From IMG/VR virus record IMGVR_UViG_3300031992_000020: a DNA stretch of 64,000 nucleotides; one strand, 5' to 3'. Position 1 is the stretch's first letter. The number at the start of each line of letters is the position of its first letter. This DNA comes from a virus (lineage: Duplodnaviria > Heunggongvirae > Uroviricota > Caudoviricetes). Made by a program: the position numbers and the translations under genes. The notes below the pieces were generated by a model that was given only the letters and a program-made list of their open reading frames with translations, searched no databases and was not told the origin of the DNA. Shown here piece after piece: positions 25,201 to 37,849 of the stretch.

Positions 25201-26855
25201 ATATGCAATAGAATTTAAATGCTTTAAATGAGCATTATGGTGATGAAAATATTACGATCGCACAAGGCATGAATGAACAAATTAGCGGTGAAATGTCTGA
25301 TATTATTGCTAATACAGACGAATATGGAGATGCAATCAAGACAGCGATGGATGAAACAGACAAAGAGAATGACGAATATAAACAAAAGATTGATGAAGTG
25401 GCACAAGCAAGTGGTTTAGATTATGCTTCTATGATTAATTCTTTGGGAGATTTTGAAACTGCTTCTGGCAAAGCGAATGTTGCAGCAATGCAAGTAATTG
25501 ATACATTAGATAGTGAATTAGATGAAATCCACGATGTTACCGATGAGTGGTTAGATCATAAAGCTCAGATCGAAGATGTTATTGATTCTTATGAAGATTT
25601 AATTGATAAACTTGGTGAGACTCTTGATCTATTAGCTGATCTTGATGCTGATGATAATACTCCTTCCAACGCGCCTGACGCGCCTTCTAGCGGTGGCGGC
25701 GATGGCGACGGAAGTGGCGGTGGCAATGGAGACTCTGGCGGCGGCGGAGGTTCTGACGATGATGGAGGCTCAGGTGGCAATACCGGTGGAAGTGGAGGCG
25801 GTGGTAATTCACAGCAACCATCATCAGGTAGACAATTTTTAAAGTATATTTATCAAGACAGCGGCGTTAGCCAGCATTATAAAATTTGTCAATATACAGA
25901 TATGTCTACTAGCCCAGTTGGTTATGAGTCACATCAGTTCAGTGGTAATAGATGCTCTTTGTGTGGTCATGTAAAATCATCAGGTGGTGGATGCTTCGTT
26001 GCAGGCACTCCAATTATCATGGCTGATTTTAGCACAAAGAAAATTGAAGACATTGTAGTAGGTGATGAAGTTATTGCATATGATAATATAAATAAAGAAT
26101 TTACTACTAAACGAGTAAATGATACTTATATTCATCATAATACCGCAGCATTGATTTTGGTTAAATTGTCTAATGGGGTCGAACTTAGAATGACGCCAAG
26201 CCATCCATTGTTATCAACACATGGATGGAAATCACGTAATTTGATTTTGTCTTTATTAGAGCATCATGTGTTAGCATCTTGGTTGAATGTTGGTGATGAA
26301 ATTATTTGCTTCAATGGCAATGCTATTGTTGAAGAAATTATTGATTTAGCCGTTCCAGAGAATTTTGATACTTATAACTTGGCTATTGATGATTTACATA
26401 CATATATGGTTGAAGGGGTAGTTGTTCATAATATCATGGTTTCCGCAGCTAAGTATGCATCTGGTGGTTTGATTGATTATACTGGGCCTGCTTGGGTTGA
26501 TGGATCTTATTCCAAGCCTGAATTGGTTTTGAATAATGATGATACTGCAAACTTACTTGCGGCAGTTCAGATGTTACGTGATATGACACCACGTATTTTT
26601 GAAATCATGTCTACAAATGTAACTCATATGATGCATGCTCTTGATTATCAACATGCATCAACTAATTTGTCTGATATTTATGCACGTGAACGTGACAAAG
26701 ATTTGCTTGAACAAAATGTGCATATTACTGCTGAGTTCCCAAGCGTTACTGACCATAACGAAATTGAACAAGCATTTAATGATCTTATTAATCAAACAGC
26801 ACAGTATGTCAATAATTATGAAGCATATAGACACAATTTTGAATCATTGATCTAA
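13299..26855 (+). CDS. Giant tape measure protein (~4,518 aa; code 15) with C-terminal zinc motif and Hint domain
   Basis: ATG after AAAGGAG. The 15 same-frame ORF-track pieces from 13788 to 25269 are joined only by TAGs (about 29 by hand count). A TP901-type TMP core lies at ~13790-14650, followed by Ala/Glu-rich helical sequence, an HSPS motif and a late YASGG motif. Ends in TAA. Confidence 0.88.
25992..26432 (+). other. Hint (intein/BIL-like) domain within the tape measure protein, 147 aa
   Basis: Block A C1-FVAGT, block B RMTPSHP (TxxH), blocks F/G TYNLAIDDLHTYMVEGVVVHN. The next residue is Ile. No endonuclease is present. Confidence 0.88.
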
Positions 26856-26859
26856 TAAT

Positions 26860-26888
26860 AAGGTGGGGCTTTATGCCCCACCTTTTTT
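26860..26888 (+). terminator. Rho-independent terminator after the tape measure gene
   Basis: aaggtggggc-tttat-gccccacctt followed by tttt. Confidence 0.8.
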
Positions 26889-26964
26889 AATTTGGGTGAA
26901 TACGGTTAATTAAATTTGATATTTTTTTACAATATTTAGAGTTAGAGAAAAAGGAGATGAGTCA

Positions 26965-29900
26965 ATGGCAAGTATTACACAAAATTTCGCTGATCAACAG
27001 TCTGCGGCGATGATTGCTGCTGCGACTCAATATAGTACCCAATTAAAGAACGCTGCGTCAAGTGCGGAATTGGTTGCTCGTTTGAATAAAGCAATTGATA
27101 TGCAGATTGACGCATCTTTGAAATTGGCAAATTTTGACACAAGCGTTGAGGGACAAATTATCGCTGTTCAAGATAAAGAGAATGGCGTTTACTTGGTATA
27201 GATACAAAGTGCAAAATTTGAAGCATATGCGGAAAGTGGTCAATATTACGAAGGTGAAACTGTTTATGTTAGAGTCCCTCGTAATGATTATAGCCAATAG
27301 AAATTTATCACTGGCCGCAAGGTTGCTGGACCGGATGAAATTAATAATACACCATTTAAATTCAAATATCCATTTGACGATTTTATTGCGCTTGCCAATC
27401 TTACAAGTGACTCTGGCACTAGTTTAAATAAACTTACTACCGAGAGAAGCTGGCGCGCAAATAAACCAGAAGATGGTGCAGAACCTAATTATACATTATC
27501 TAATGTTGAACAAGATCCTAATATTTTATGGCATTGGCGCAGAGGGAATAAAGACTTTTTAGGTACTACTCTTGGTGTTCAAATAAAAGTTAGAACTTAT
27601 CTAGGTCAATATAATCCAATATCTGGTAATTATGGTATTCGTTTCTTGGTAAGAGGAGACGAAATGCAAGCCAATGGACAAGTGCAATAGAATGTAGTTA
27701 GAGAATTTTATTTTAACTGCGATAATATGTATGGTAATCCATATGGCTTCCTTGATGAGACTGTTCAGCAAGTATTAATTAATATTAGTCAGTTTAATAA
27801 AATTGATGAGATTGCCGCATATTTCTGGCAAGATCATAATTTTGTTGATGATGCGGGCAATACTATCTCTTATTGGGATGAATATAATCCTGGCATTTAT
27901 TGTGAACCAAATATTTTTATTAGCGATTTAAGTGTTGGTTATGGTTTATAGACCAGCGATATTGGTAATGAAAAAGCCATGTTATTTACTTATGATAGTA
28001 CAACTTATGGCGAAAACGCGATGAGCACGACACCAAGAGCGCAATTGGATACTCATACATTGCATTTTGGTTGGGTGCATAAATGTCCAGATGAAAATTA
28101 TATGATGATCAATAGTATGGCAACTCTTAATAGATTCAATGATGAATATATTGAAGAAGATAAAAAGAAAGCTCATATTTATTGGTATCATCAAGTGCGG
28201 AATGCCGATGAAGTTGAAGGCATACCATATGTTACACCTGGAACTGATTTAAATAGTTTATTGGCGAAGAAAGAGGAATTAGCAAATCGTAGAGATAGTT
28301 TCTTGACAGCTGCCGAGAATATGCGCGAAGCCTATTCCTCAGAAGAGCAATATAATACATATACTAATAATATTCGTAAAAAGTATAATACATAGATCGC
28401 TGCAATTGATGATATGATTGACAATATGGGCGATCAAAGTATGCAACGTATTTCAACTTATGGCGGACCTGACTATCGTTATATGCCAGAGTTTACTGAT
28501 AAGTTTGAAGCTACTATTCAAATGGATATTAATCAATTCCGTGAAAGATTTAAAGTAGTCGTTGCATGGGAGAATACTTATGAAGCATCTGAGCCTCTTG
28601 AATTCCAAAATGTTGATAAAAGCGTTTTGGAAAATATGGAAGGCAAGAAGAATGAGCTGATTTTTAGGCTTTTGCGCACTTAGAAATATAGAGAAAATAA
28701 CCAGACTAAAACTCGTTTGATTGAAGATAATAGTATTGGTAATTTCTTTGTTTATGATGAAAATAATAAATGTATACAGAATGAAGAAGAAACCTTCTGG
28801 TCTGATATGTGGTTTTATATTCAGGTTTGGATGTGGAGCGAAGAAGCAGAACAATATGTTCCTTTAACAACTACATCAACTGATGACACCATTACTGTTT
28901 CTTGGCAATTCCCTATTGCTGAGACTATGATTCGTTCTGTATCGCAAATAGATCAAGACGATCTTAGTAATTATAAAAATTCTTTGATCCCTATTGTTAA
29001 TAATTTTGATGGAGTTTAGGCTTCTACAAGAAAATTTCGTATTGACGATCATTGGGATATGCGTGCGCATAATAATATTATTCGTGCGACAGTTAATAGA
29101 AATGGCAAACAATATAATTTATCTAAATTATTAACATTCGGGCAATCTGGATGTATGGGTAGTAAATATACCTTGCGGATTGACCTTTTAGAACCAGCTG
29201 ATAGTTTTACTATGGTCGGCGATCAAGGGTTCATAGTCAGTACATCTGTATATAGCCAAAATGGTGAAAAATTAGAATCTAGTGCATTTGATTTTAACTA
29301 TGAGTTACTCAATAGTGGCTCATGCACATTAGGATATAGCAGTGCATATCCTGGCTAGGTAACAATATCTGGCTCTGGATATCATCAAAGCGGTTATAAA
29401 GCAATTCTTAGAAAAAATGCACAAAATTATTATGTGCCTCCTTTGTTTAAAGTTACTGTTGATTTAAAAGATCCAGAATATAGATATGATATATCTAATG
29501 TACGTGGATTTATGTCAGTTGATAAATCAGCAGGAGTAACTAAATATGACATTGGTTGTCCAGATAGAGTTGAGTATAAATCTGATGGATCTATTCCAGT
29601 ATATGATAATTCTTATTTTACTGTCAGAGATTTATCTACTAATGAGTTAGTTTATCCAAATTGGTATTTATCACAATATAATTCAAATGGAACAGTTCGT
29701 TCAAATAATATTCAATATTTGAATTTAGAGTCACATTCATTCACTGTTGATTAGTTAAATACTAATGCAACAACTAATCCGGATAATAATACAGCTGCTA
29801 CATATTATCAATATAAAATCAACCCTTATTTAGTTAATAATTCTTATCGTGACAGAACAACAATGTTTTGGGACGATGATATGGAAAGTGCATATCCTAC

Positions 29901-32900
29901 TTACCTTAGATGTGAAGTTGGCGGATATGTATTTTGGCAATCAATAGCTTTTGCGCGTAATGTCTATGCTTCTTCTATTATCAATAGTTGGGATGGTCAA
30001 TTATTAATTGATAAAGAAAAAAATGCTATTTTAACGCGCATGCTTTCCGCAGGTGTTAAAGACACTAAAAATCGTTTTAGTGGTGTCATCATGGGCGATT
30101 GGTCAGATTATGGTGATACATCTATTGATCCTATTGGTTTGTATGGCTTCAAAGAAGGAGTGCAGACCTTCGGATTTAAAAATGATGGAACTGGTTTTAT
30201 TGGTAAAGCTGGTTATGGTCAAATTACTTTTGATGGCGAAAATGCATTAATTTCTGACCGCACTAAAAATCATTATATTAATCTTAACCCTACTGTATTT
30301 GAGATTGATGCAAATAATAGACTGGTCCATGTCAAAGGTAGAGAAGGTTATTCACAATACTTTATTTATTCTAAAAGCACTAAATTAAATATTGTAAATA
30401 ATGATGATACCGAAGTAGGTAGTGGAGGTACTACTGCTTAGGATAATGGAGCAGATGAAAGCAAACGATATTTAGCTGGTTCTTCAAGAAATGCCGAATA
30501 TGGTTTCTTGAATATTAAATGGGCTAAAAAATTTATGAATGATACTGAAAATGATTATTTTGTAGTTGATCCAACTAATGGAGTTTATATTAGTGGTGGT
30601 TTTATTGCAAAATATGGTTACATTGGTGATTGTTTAGAACTGTCATCTGCTGGTTTGACTTACCAAAAAAATAATGGTATTATCTTCATAGGCTAGGAAA
30701 GAACTCGTGATGGCAAGCTTGTTATTACACCAAGTCATCCAACCAATGGATATGATGATGTATATTGGAGCAGCCAAAAAGGAGATAAATATAATTTCCG
30801 TAGCGGAGCAAAGCCAAGTTCTTCTTGGGGTAGATATATTATTTGGGTTGGTGATACAAATAGTTCGGGTAGACCTAAATATCTATATCCTAACTTCGGT
30901 CTTGAACATAATGGTATTGTTCATTTAAATAAAGCATATGTTCAAGGTGAAATTCATGCTAGTTCATTGTAGATTGGCATGGACGATGGCGAATATCATG
31001 ATGCACGCAGTAGATTTGCAAGAACTTATTATTCAGATTATAATCCTGCTAATTTAACTAATCAAAATGGTATTTGCGATAAGGTATATGGCGATATACT
31101 TCTTACCGGAGATTTGTGGTATGATACAAATGTAACAGTAAATATTAAAGATATTAGTTCATTTAGTATTACGCCAAAGAAAGATGCTAATGGTAATGAA
31201 GTTCAGTTGGATACTTCAAATCCGGCACAAGAAGATACAAACTCAAATTATCCATATGGATTTGATGTGTCTTAGTTATCTGAAAAAGAAAGCCGTGGTT
31301 ATGTCTGTTATGAATGGATTGGACACTAGGATGATGTAAAGAATTATCCTGAGTGTACATGGACTTATCAGAAGTTAAATGAAACTACTGGTAAGATGGA
31401 AACAGTTACAGAAACAATCCCAAATCATAAAGGTTGGAGACGTTTACCTGTTCTTTCTAAAGATACTTTAACTGAAATATCAATGCTTGCTTTATAGAGT
31501 ACCAAGGCAATTTAGACTTTATAGACTAAATTAACGAGTGCTTTAAAAACAGCGTATACGAATATTCGCACAGGAATGTCACCAATTAGTTTTTTTGAAG
31601 ATGGAAATTGTTATGTAAGTATTGCTCATAAGCAAAAAACAGTTACTAAAATTGGTACTGTGCCATCTGGTATTTCGATTTATCAAGTTGATAATAATGG
31701 TTATCCTAATGGTGCTTATTTCTTATTAAATGGTCAACGAATGGGATTTTATAAGAAATATACAGTAAATGGTACTATAGTAGATGTGCCAATGTTAACA
31801 TATTATCAAGGTAATATGGGCCTTGCTGGTAGTTTAGTATTCGGTATAGATATGAAAAAAGTCACTACGCAAGATAATGATAAAAATGATGTTAGTTTAT
31901 ATAAAAATTATCTTGATGGGCCGAATGCTGCAATTAGTTTGGGCGATGGAGCCATTAAGTTAGAAAGTAATGTCAATAAAATAAAGGGTATACCAACAGT
32001 TACTATTGGTGCAAAAGATAATGGAGCAAAAGCAAAGATTTATTTAGCAGGCTATGAAATTGTTGGTAATATAAATCAAAGTTTTTCTGCATCATTTAAA
32101 ATGGGATGCGACACTAGCCCTGACCAAACCGATACAAAAAAATATAATACTATATCTATAGAGCATGGTGAGAGTGTTGGAAAGAACGTTCCTTCAAGTC
32201 ATAGCATTACATGGTCAAGATATAAAATTACATCAGGCACGGAATATAAAATTACTGATCATTTGAATTAGTTTAAAATTATTAATGAAGGACGCGGTTT
32301 TTAGGTATTAGAGAATAATACTTAGTTACTTAACGACAATGGCCAAGCAGTCAATAACAATAAATTATACGATATAACAATTTTTAAACCAACAAAAGAT
32401 AGTGGTAAGTTAGATTTAAACAACAGCGCCTAGAATTTAATTATTGATTGGGATTTAATTTAGGGCGAAATGGGTAAATTTACTGATGTTGATGCCACTA
32501 ATATATTTTGTAAAAATCTTTATGTTTATGAAGATGAATATGCTAATAAAATTGCAACTGAAAAATGGGTTGCTGAAGAAATTAATGATGCTATTAATCT
32601 TTTGGTAGGAATGATTAATAGTTCTCAAACCACTGGCAATAAAGCATATGGTGCAGCTAAAAATCATACACATAATGAAAACGGTCGAGATGCTACTGCA
32701 AGTTGGGCCGGTTAAATTCATCGTGTGCGCGTTCCGGAAGGAGCGTGAAAAAATACCCACTGAATTGCTGGGAAGCCCTAAGAGCCCACGAGCCTATATG
32801 GAACGAAAGTAGAAACAAAGTAGTGGGATGGCACAAGGTTAAATCCTAAATGCTTTAATAATGGGTAATCAGCAGCCAGGCATAAGCAGGGTTCAACGAC

Positions 32901-34584
32901 TATCCGTAAGGAGTAGGGCTACGGCTCGAAGTGGTGGGCACCCAGAACGGGTGAAGATATAGTCTAGTCCCAAACGAAAGAATGGGTATAAACGAAATTA
33001 AATGCTACAGATGATGGTGGCGGCGTTATTAAAATTAGTCTTGGCGGTACTAAATTACCTAGTAATTTAGCTACTGCGGCAGCTGGCGCAGGTATTGCAA
33101 TTAGCAGTGCAACTAAATTTACAGGTAAATTTGGTATTTCATCTTCTTCAACCGCATTACAAAAATTTGTCGCAACTACCGGTAAAGATTTTACATGGGA
33201 AGTTACTGGTCTTGGCACTATTTTATTAGCTAAATCATTGTATCTAGTTGGCGAAATAACAGACGCAGATGAAACGCAATGGATCGCTGTGTCTTCGATG
33301 GTTTTACCTATTTTAACATCTTCATTACGAGGAGCAGTTTATGTAGAAGTTGCAAAAATAGGATTAAATTATACTGATCCAGCGAATACGAAACATACTT
33401 ATTCTCATAGCGCAGATACTATAAGCTCTCCTACAGATTATCTTGGCGGTTTAGGCTATACATTTGCTGAAATTGCTGATCATGCATAGGGTGCAACGAG
33501 TTTAACTATTAACGCCTCATAGTCAATGGATTATGGATCTATTAAAGCATTTGGTGATGAAATATTCTTAGCTGGTTATACTTCCGCTACTGATAAAATT
33601 AAATTTACCGCAGGCGGATCAAATACAGTAAGTACACTAACTTTACCAAAAACAGCAACAACTGCTGCATTAGCTGGAGATACTACTAACACACTACTCT
33701 ATACTTTAAAATTAGATTTAAACGATGCTGCTTCCGGAGGAACTTATAAAACTTCGCTAGGCGTTAAAGCTACATTATCTATGAGCGGTACTAGCGGATA
33801 TGGGTCAATAGAAGAAAGCGATACTTTAACACTTGGTTCAGAACAAAAAAGTGATAATCTTTATTATGCTTATGTAACTAATGCTAAAGGTACTCAAGTA
33901 TTAGTGAGACCTATGACATGGATCTATAATGCAGGATATAAAGCTGCATGTGATGCAATTAGTTTAACAGATAGTGGAGTTAGTATACCTGCAGTTAGCA
34001 GTATGGGAGTGCCTACAACTAATAGCACAATTAGTATTAGTGTAAGTCAAGAGAATGGTGTTACTAATAGTGACTAGGATAGTACTAAAGTGCGTGGTAC
34101 TGCTAAGCTTACTAAGGGATCTAGTTCTAAATCTTATAATTCTGGTAGTGGATCGACTGCTTGGTATGATCGTGGTTATGCAAAAGGTTGGACAGATGCA
34201 ATAGCTACTATTTCTGTTACACATAATTCAAGCAGAGAAAACAATACTATAACTGCCAAAGGTAAAGTAACTTATAAAGCTACTCATGATGCAACATCTT
34301 ATACTAGTAAAGAAGGTACGGAAAAGACATATACTGCTTCTGTATCTGACAGCCATAGCGCAACACTTAACGGTACATGGTCCGCAGGTTCAAGTATGAC
34401 ACTTTATAATAATTCTACATACGGTAAACTTGGAACTAAACATACTGGATCAGATTGGACCGCATATGAAGTTAGTGATACACATAAGCTTGGCGGTACT
34501 GGTGATACAAGAACTTGGTATTCTAATATTAATGATAACCATAGCGCATCATTAAGTGGTAGTTCATCTATCAGCTGGTCTTAA
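26965..34584 (+). CDS. Large tail-tip / host-specificity protein (~2,445 aa after splicing; exons 26965-32712 and 32995-34584; code 15)
   Basis: RBS AAGGAG. One frame runs throughout, interrupted by about 25 TAGs and by the intron. The middle has GVIMGDW...GLYGFKEGVQTFGFKNDGTGFIGK, and the C-terminal part is Ser/Thr/Gly-rich. Ends in TAA. Confidence 0.75.
32713..32994 (+). ncRNA. Group I self-splicing intron (IA2-like), 282 nt, no homing endonuclease
   Basis: P element GAATTGCTGGGAA (32762), Q AATCAGCAG (32867), R GTTCAACGACTA (32891), S AAGATATAGTCT (32954). Pairings: P3 CCCAC/GTGGG, P4 TGCTG/CAGCA, P7 GACTA(T)/(A)TAGTC, P7.1, P7.2, P8 CACCC/GGGTG, P9 with a GAAA loop, P9.0 GT/AC, and terminal G at 32994. 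Removal rejoins the frame as ASWAG|KLNATDD. Confidence 0.9.
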
Positions 34585-34622
34585 TCTTAATATAAAATTT
34601 GAGAAAAAGGAGATAAAAAATT

Positions 34623-35009
34623 ATGACACTCACTTTTACACAGTTACAAGATATGATTAATGCTCTTGATTCTTTAAAGGATGAAAAACTTCCTTTTAAA
34701 CTTAGTCTTCTTATTGCCAAGGATCTCAGTATCCTAAATAAAGAATTTGAATTCTATGTGCAGCAAGAGCGTGAGTTTGCTCTCAAATTCCTTGAATTTG
34801 ATGAACAGGGTAATCCTATTCAAGAAGGAGAAGGAATGTTCAAGATTAAAGATGGAATGCAGTAGGAATGCTTGGAAGCTCGCACCGAGCTTAACAAGTT
34901 TACCTGTGATTGCGATCTTCGCAGTATCCCAATGAGTTTAATTGAAAAGTTGGAGCTTACACCTGATCAGGTAGCTGGATTGGAGTTAATTATAGACGAG
35001 GAGGGATAA
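34623..35009 (+). CDS. Small phage protein, DUF1617-like (~128 aa; code 15)
   Basis: RBS AAGGAG. Motif LPFKLSLLIAKDLSIL, one TAG (GMQ-Q-ECL), TAA at 35007-35009. Confidence 0.6.
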
Positions 35010-35011
35010 TA

Positions 35012-37849
35012 GTGGCTCGTTTATATCCACCTAGTATTTCGGGCACACTACCTTCTTTTTATGGTTCAACAATTACAGTTCCATATACAATGAATAAAAT
35101 TGTTGCGATTTCAGAAGTTGCTGGCTTTGCTCTCAGAGTGAAGTCAGCTTCTTCTGAAACTTTTTTATTTGAGGTAGTTGGTCCTGGCATCGGCACTGGA
35201 AAGATCAGTGCTAATTTTAGTGACACGCAAGTAGAGTTTGAATTAACAACTAATTTATTAAATAAGCTCTATGTGGGTGAATATTATAAAGTTCAAATAG
35301 CTTATGTTAATTCCTTAGATGAGATTGGTTATTACTCTACTATTGGTATTATTAAATATACAGGAGCTCCCCAAGCTTGGATTGCGGATTTTAATCCAGA
35401 CGTTCCAAACCAAAATCGTCAGAAGATCATTGGCACTTATTCCAATGAAACAGATCCAACGGAAAGAGAAGCAGAATATAGATTCACTGTATATGCTTAT
35501 GACAAAATCACAGAGCTTACATCAACAGGTTGGAAATCTCATATCGTAAGTAATAATATTGAAACAGCTATCGTGGCTGATGATTATAGCGTTACTTATG
35601 CAATAGAGCAAACTGATGAGTATGATTTAAAATATGTTTTAGATCCAATGTCTACGTATTATATTAGATATGAGATCCGCACTAATAATGGATTATATAA
35701 AGCTAGTCCATTATATGAAATTGTTGAAAATACTACAATGAACAGTACGTTACTTGCGGATTTGATCGCGGAAATGGATTATGATAATGCTTGCGTGATT
35801 CTTACATTGTTACCAAGAGCTAGACTCTCCGACGCAATTATTGTAGGTACATTTGAAATAGGTCGTTCCGCGGCGATAGATAACTATGCCTATTGGACCA
35901 CAATTAGTAAATTTAGTTTGAATGGTCATTTGCCGAGTGATGGCCGCATTTTTACTGACTTCACTATTGAACAAGGTCAGAAATATAAATATGCTATTCG
36001 ACAATTAAATTCTTATAATATTTATAGTTCATGGATTCCTATTACTAAATGGAGAATTCTTGGCACAGAAGTCTGGAATGAAAATCCATATGTAGAAGCG
36101 GCATTTGAAGATGCTTATTTATACGATGGTAAAAGACAGTTGCGTATTCGTTTTAATCCAAAAGTCAGCTCATTTAAAACTGTATTAATGGATACAAAGA
36201 AAACAGCAATAGGAAGCAAATATCCATATTTCTTCCGCAATGGTATCGTTGGGTATAAAGAATTTCCTATTAGCGGATTAATTAGTTATTTAAGTGATCA
36301 GGATCAATACTTTGCAAAACGCACAAGCGAGCTAGGTATGCCTACAACTTGGGAAGATACAACTGATATTACCGATGCAAATTTAGCATATGAGCGCAGA
36401 TTTAAAACTATCGTATTGGATTGGTTAAATGAGAATACGATTAAGTTATATAAGTCACCAAGTGAAGGTAATTTCCTTGTGCGGCTATCCAATGTTTCAC
36501 TTACTCCAAATGATTCGCTTTCCCGCATGTTACATACCTTTTCTTGCACTGCCGATGAAGTTGCAGATTATACCACAGATAAATTAATTGATGAAGGTTT
36601 CATCTCTGTTGAATTAGAGAATGAAAATCTTCAAACTTTGTTTATGACTAAATTATTTACTCGTGGTGAAGAGAATCCTTCTGATATATTCCAAGGATAT
36701 AAAGGTATTTATATTAAATTGGAAGATTTCTTGCCTATGAGTAAATTTATTTTAGGTGGCACAACTTATTTCATTGGCCAGACTGGGCAGTATGAATTAT
36801 ATTTAGATTAGCCAGCAAATGGTTTATCTATTCCGCAAACAACATTGAATGAATGTTGGGATGCTGGATTAAATCCTAATGTTACATATGGTATTCAATC
36901 CAAAGGCTTTACTTCTTTTGATATTATTACTCAGTTAAGCGCATAGAAATTTTCTTATGTGCGGCGCATGGGTGCAGATGCTAATATCTTAGAACCATAC
37001 TTTGATTTGAAGCATCAAATTGAACGTATTTATTATATTCATTTTACAACAAAAGAAGTCATTGATACAGATATTAGTTTTAATGCTATATTGAAATATA
37101 TTGATGAAGCTAATAAAGGCAATGACTTAGACTTGGCTATTGATGTTAATGCTATGTATAGGATTCCAGCAAGTGATGAATTAATTCAATATTTTCTTGC
37201 CAATGGGCGCATTACATCTGGCGAATTAAGACATAATCAATTAGTTTATTTATACGTTGATAATGTTGGAAGAGATAGATTCAATCTTCATATGGATAAA
37301 GAATATTCCGCAGAAGTTATTTTCGGTAAGAAATTACGTTTTGTAGATGATGTCGGCAATAGATTCTATGAAGATAATGTGTTGGATTTCTCACATACTG
37401 GTGGTGAAGTAATTAATAATCTTAATTACATTCCTATTGATGAGAATGAGAATCCTTATATTAAGATTGGTAATGGCATAATTGCTGAATTTGGTTTGTA
37501 TCAAAAAGTTATTAACTATGATATGGAGACTAACGTTAACAAGATTAGTGCTGATAATCAATCAAGATTTTAGAGATTGTATCAACAATACGCTTAGGCT
37601 TTGAATGAATGGTATGGCACTGCGGCAAACTATTATAGAGATGGCGCAGGATATAAAGAGTTTTGGTGGGATTATGATTATCAAAAGGATAATCCATCAG
37701 CAAACTATAATTATAATCATGGCTTAGGACGTATTAACAATACTGAAAAGAATGCGTTGCATACTAAATACATAAATGCACGAACCGCTTATATGAATAT
37801 TCTTCAAGAAGAGTTAGATAAGCGTGAAAGCGAGGCGACTATTGTATGA
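35012..37849 (+). CDS. Distal tail/baseplate protein (~945 aa; code 15)
   Basis: GTG start (MARLYPPSISGTLPSF). ORFs 35012, 36959 and 37601 share a frame and are joined by TAGs. It has a beta-rich FN3-like segment and a Dit-like segment (FNPKVSSFK...IKLYKSPSEGN). Ends in TGA. Confidence 0.65.

Noticed and set aside
25992-26432. Canonical splicing intein
   Set aside because: The residue after the terminal His-Asn is Ile, not Cys/Ser/Thr, and there is no endonuclease. It is better described as a BIL-type Hint domain.
32760-32990. tRNA or riboswitch reading of the GC-richer structured island
   Set aside because: The P/Q/R/S elements and the P3/P7 pseudoknot pairings identify it as a group I intron core.
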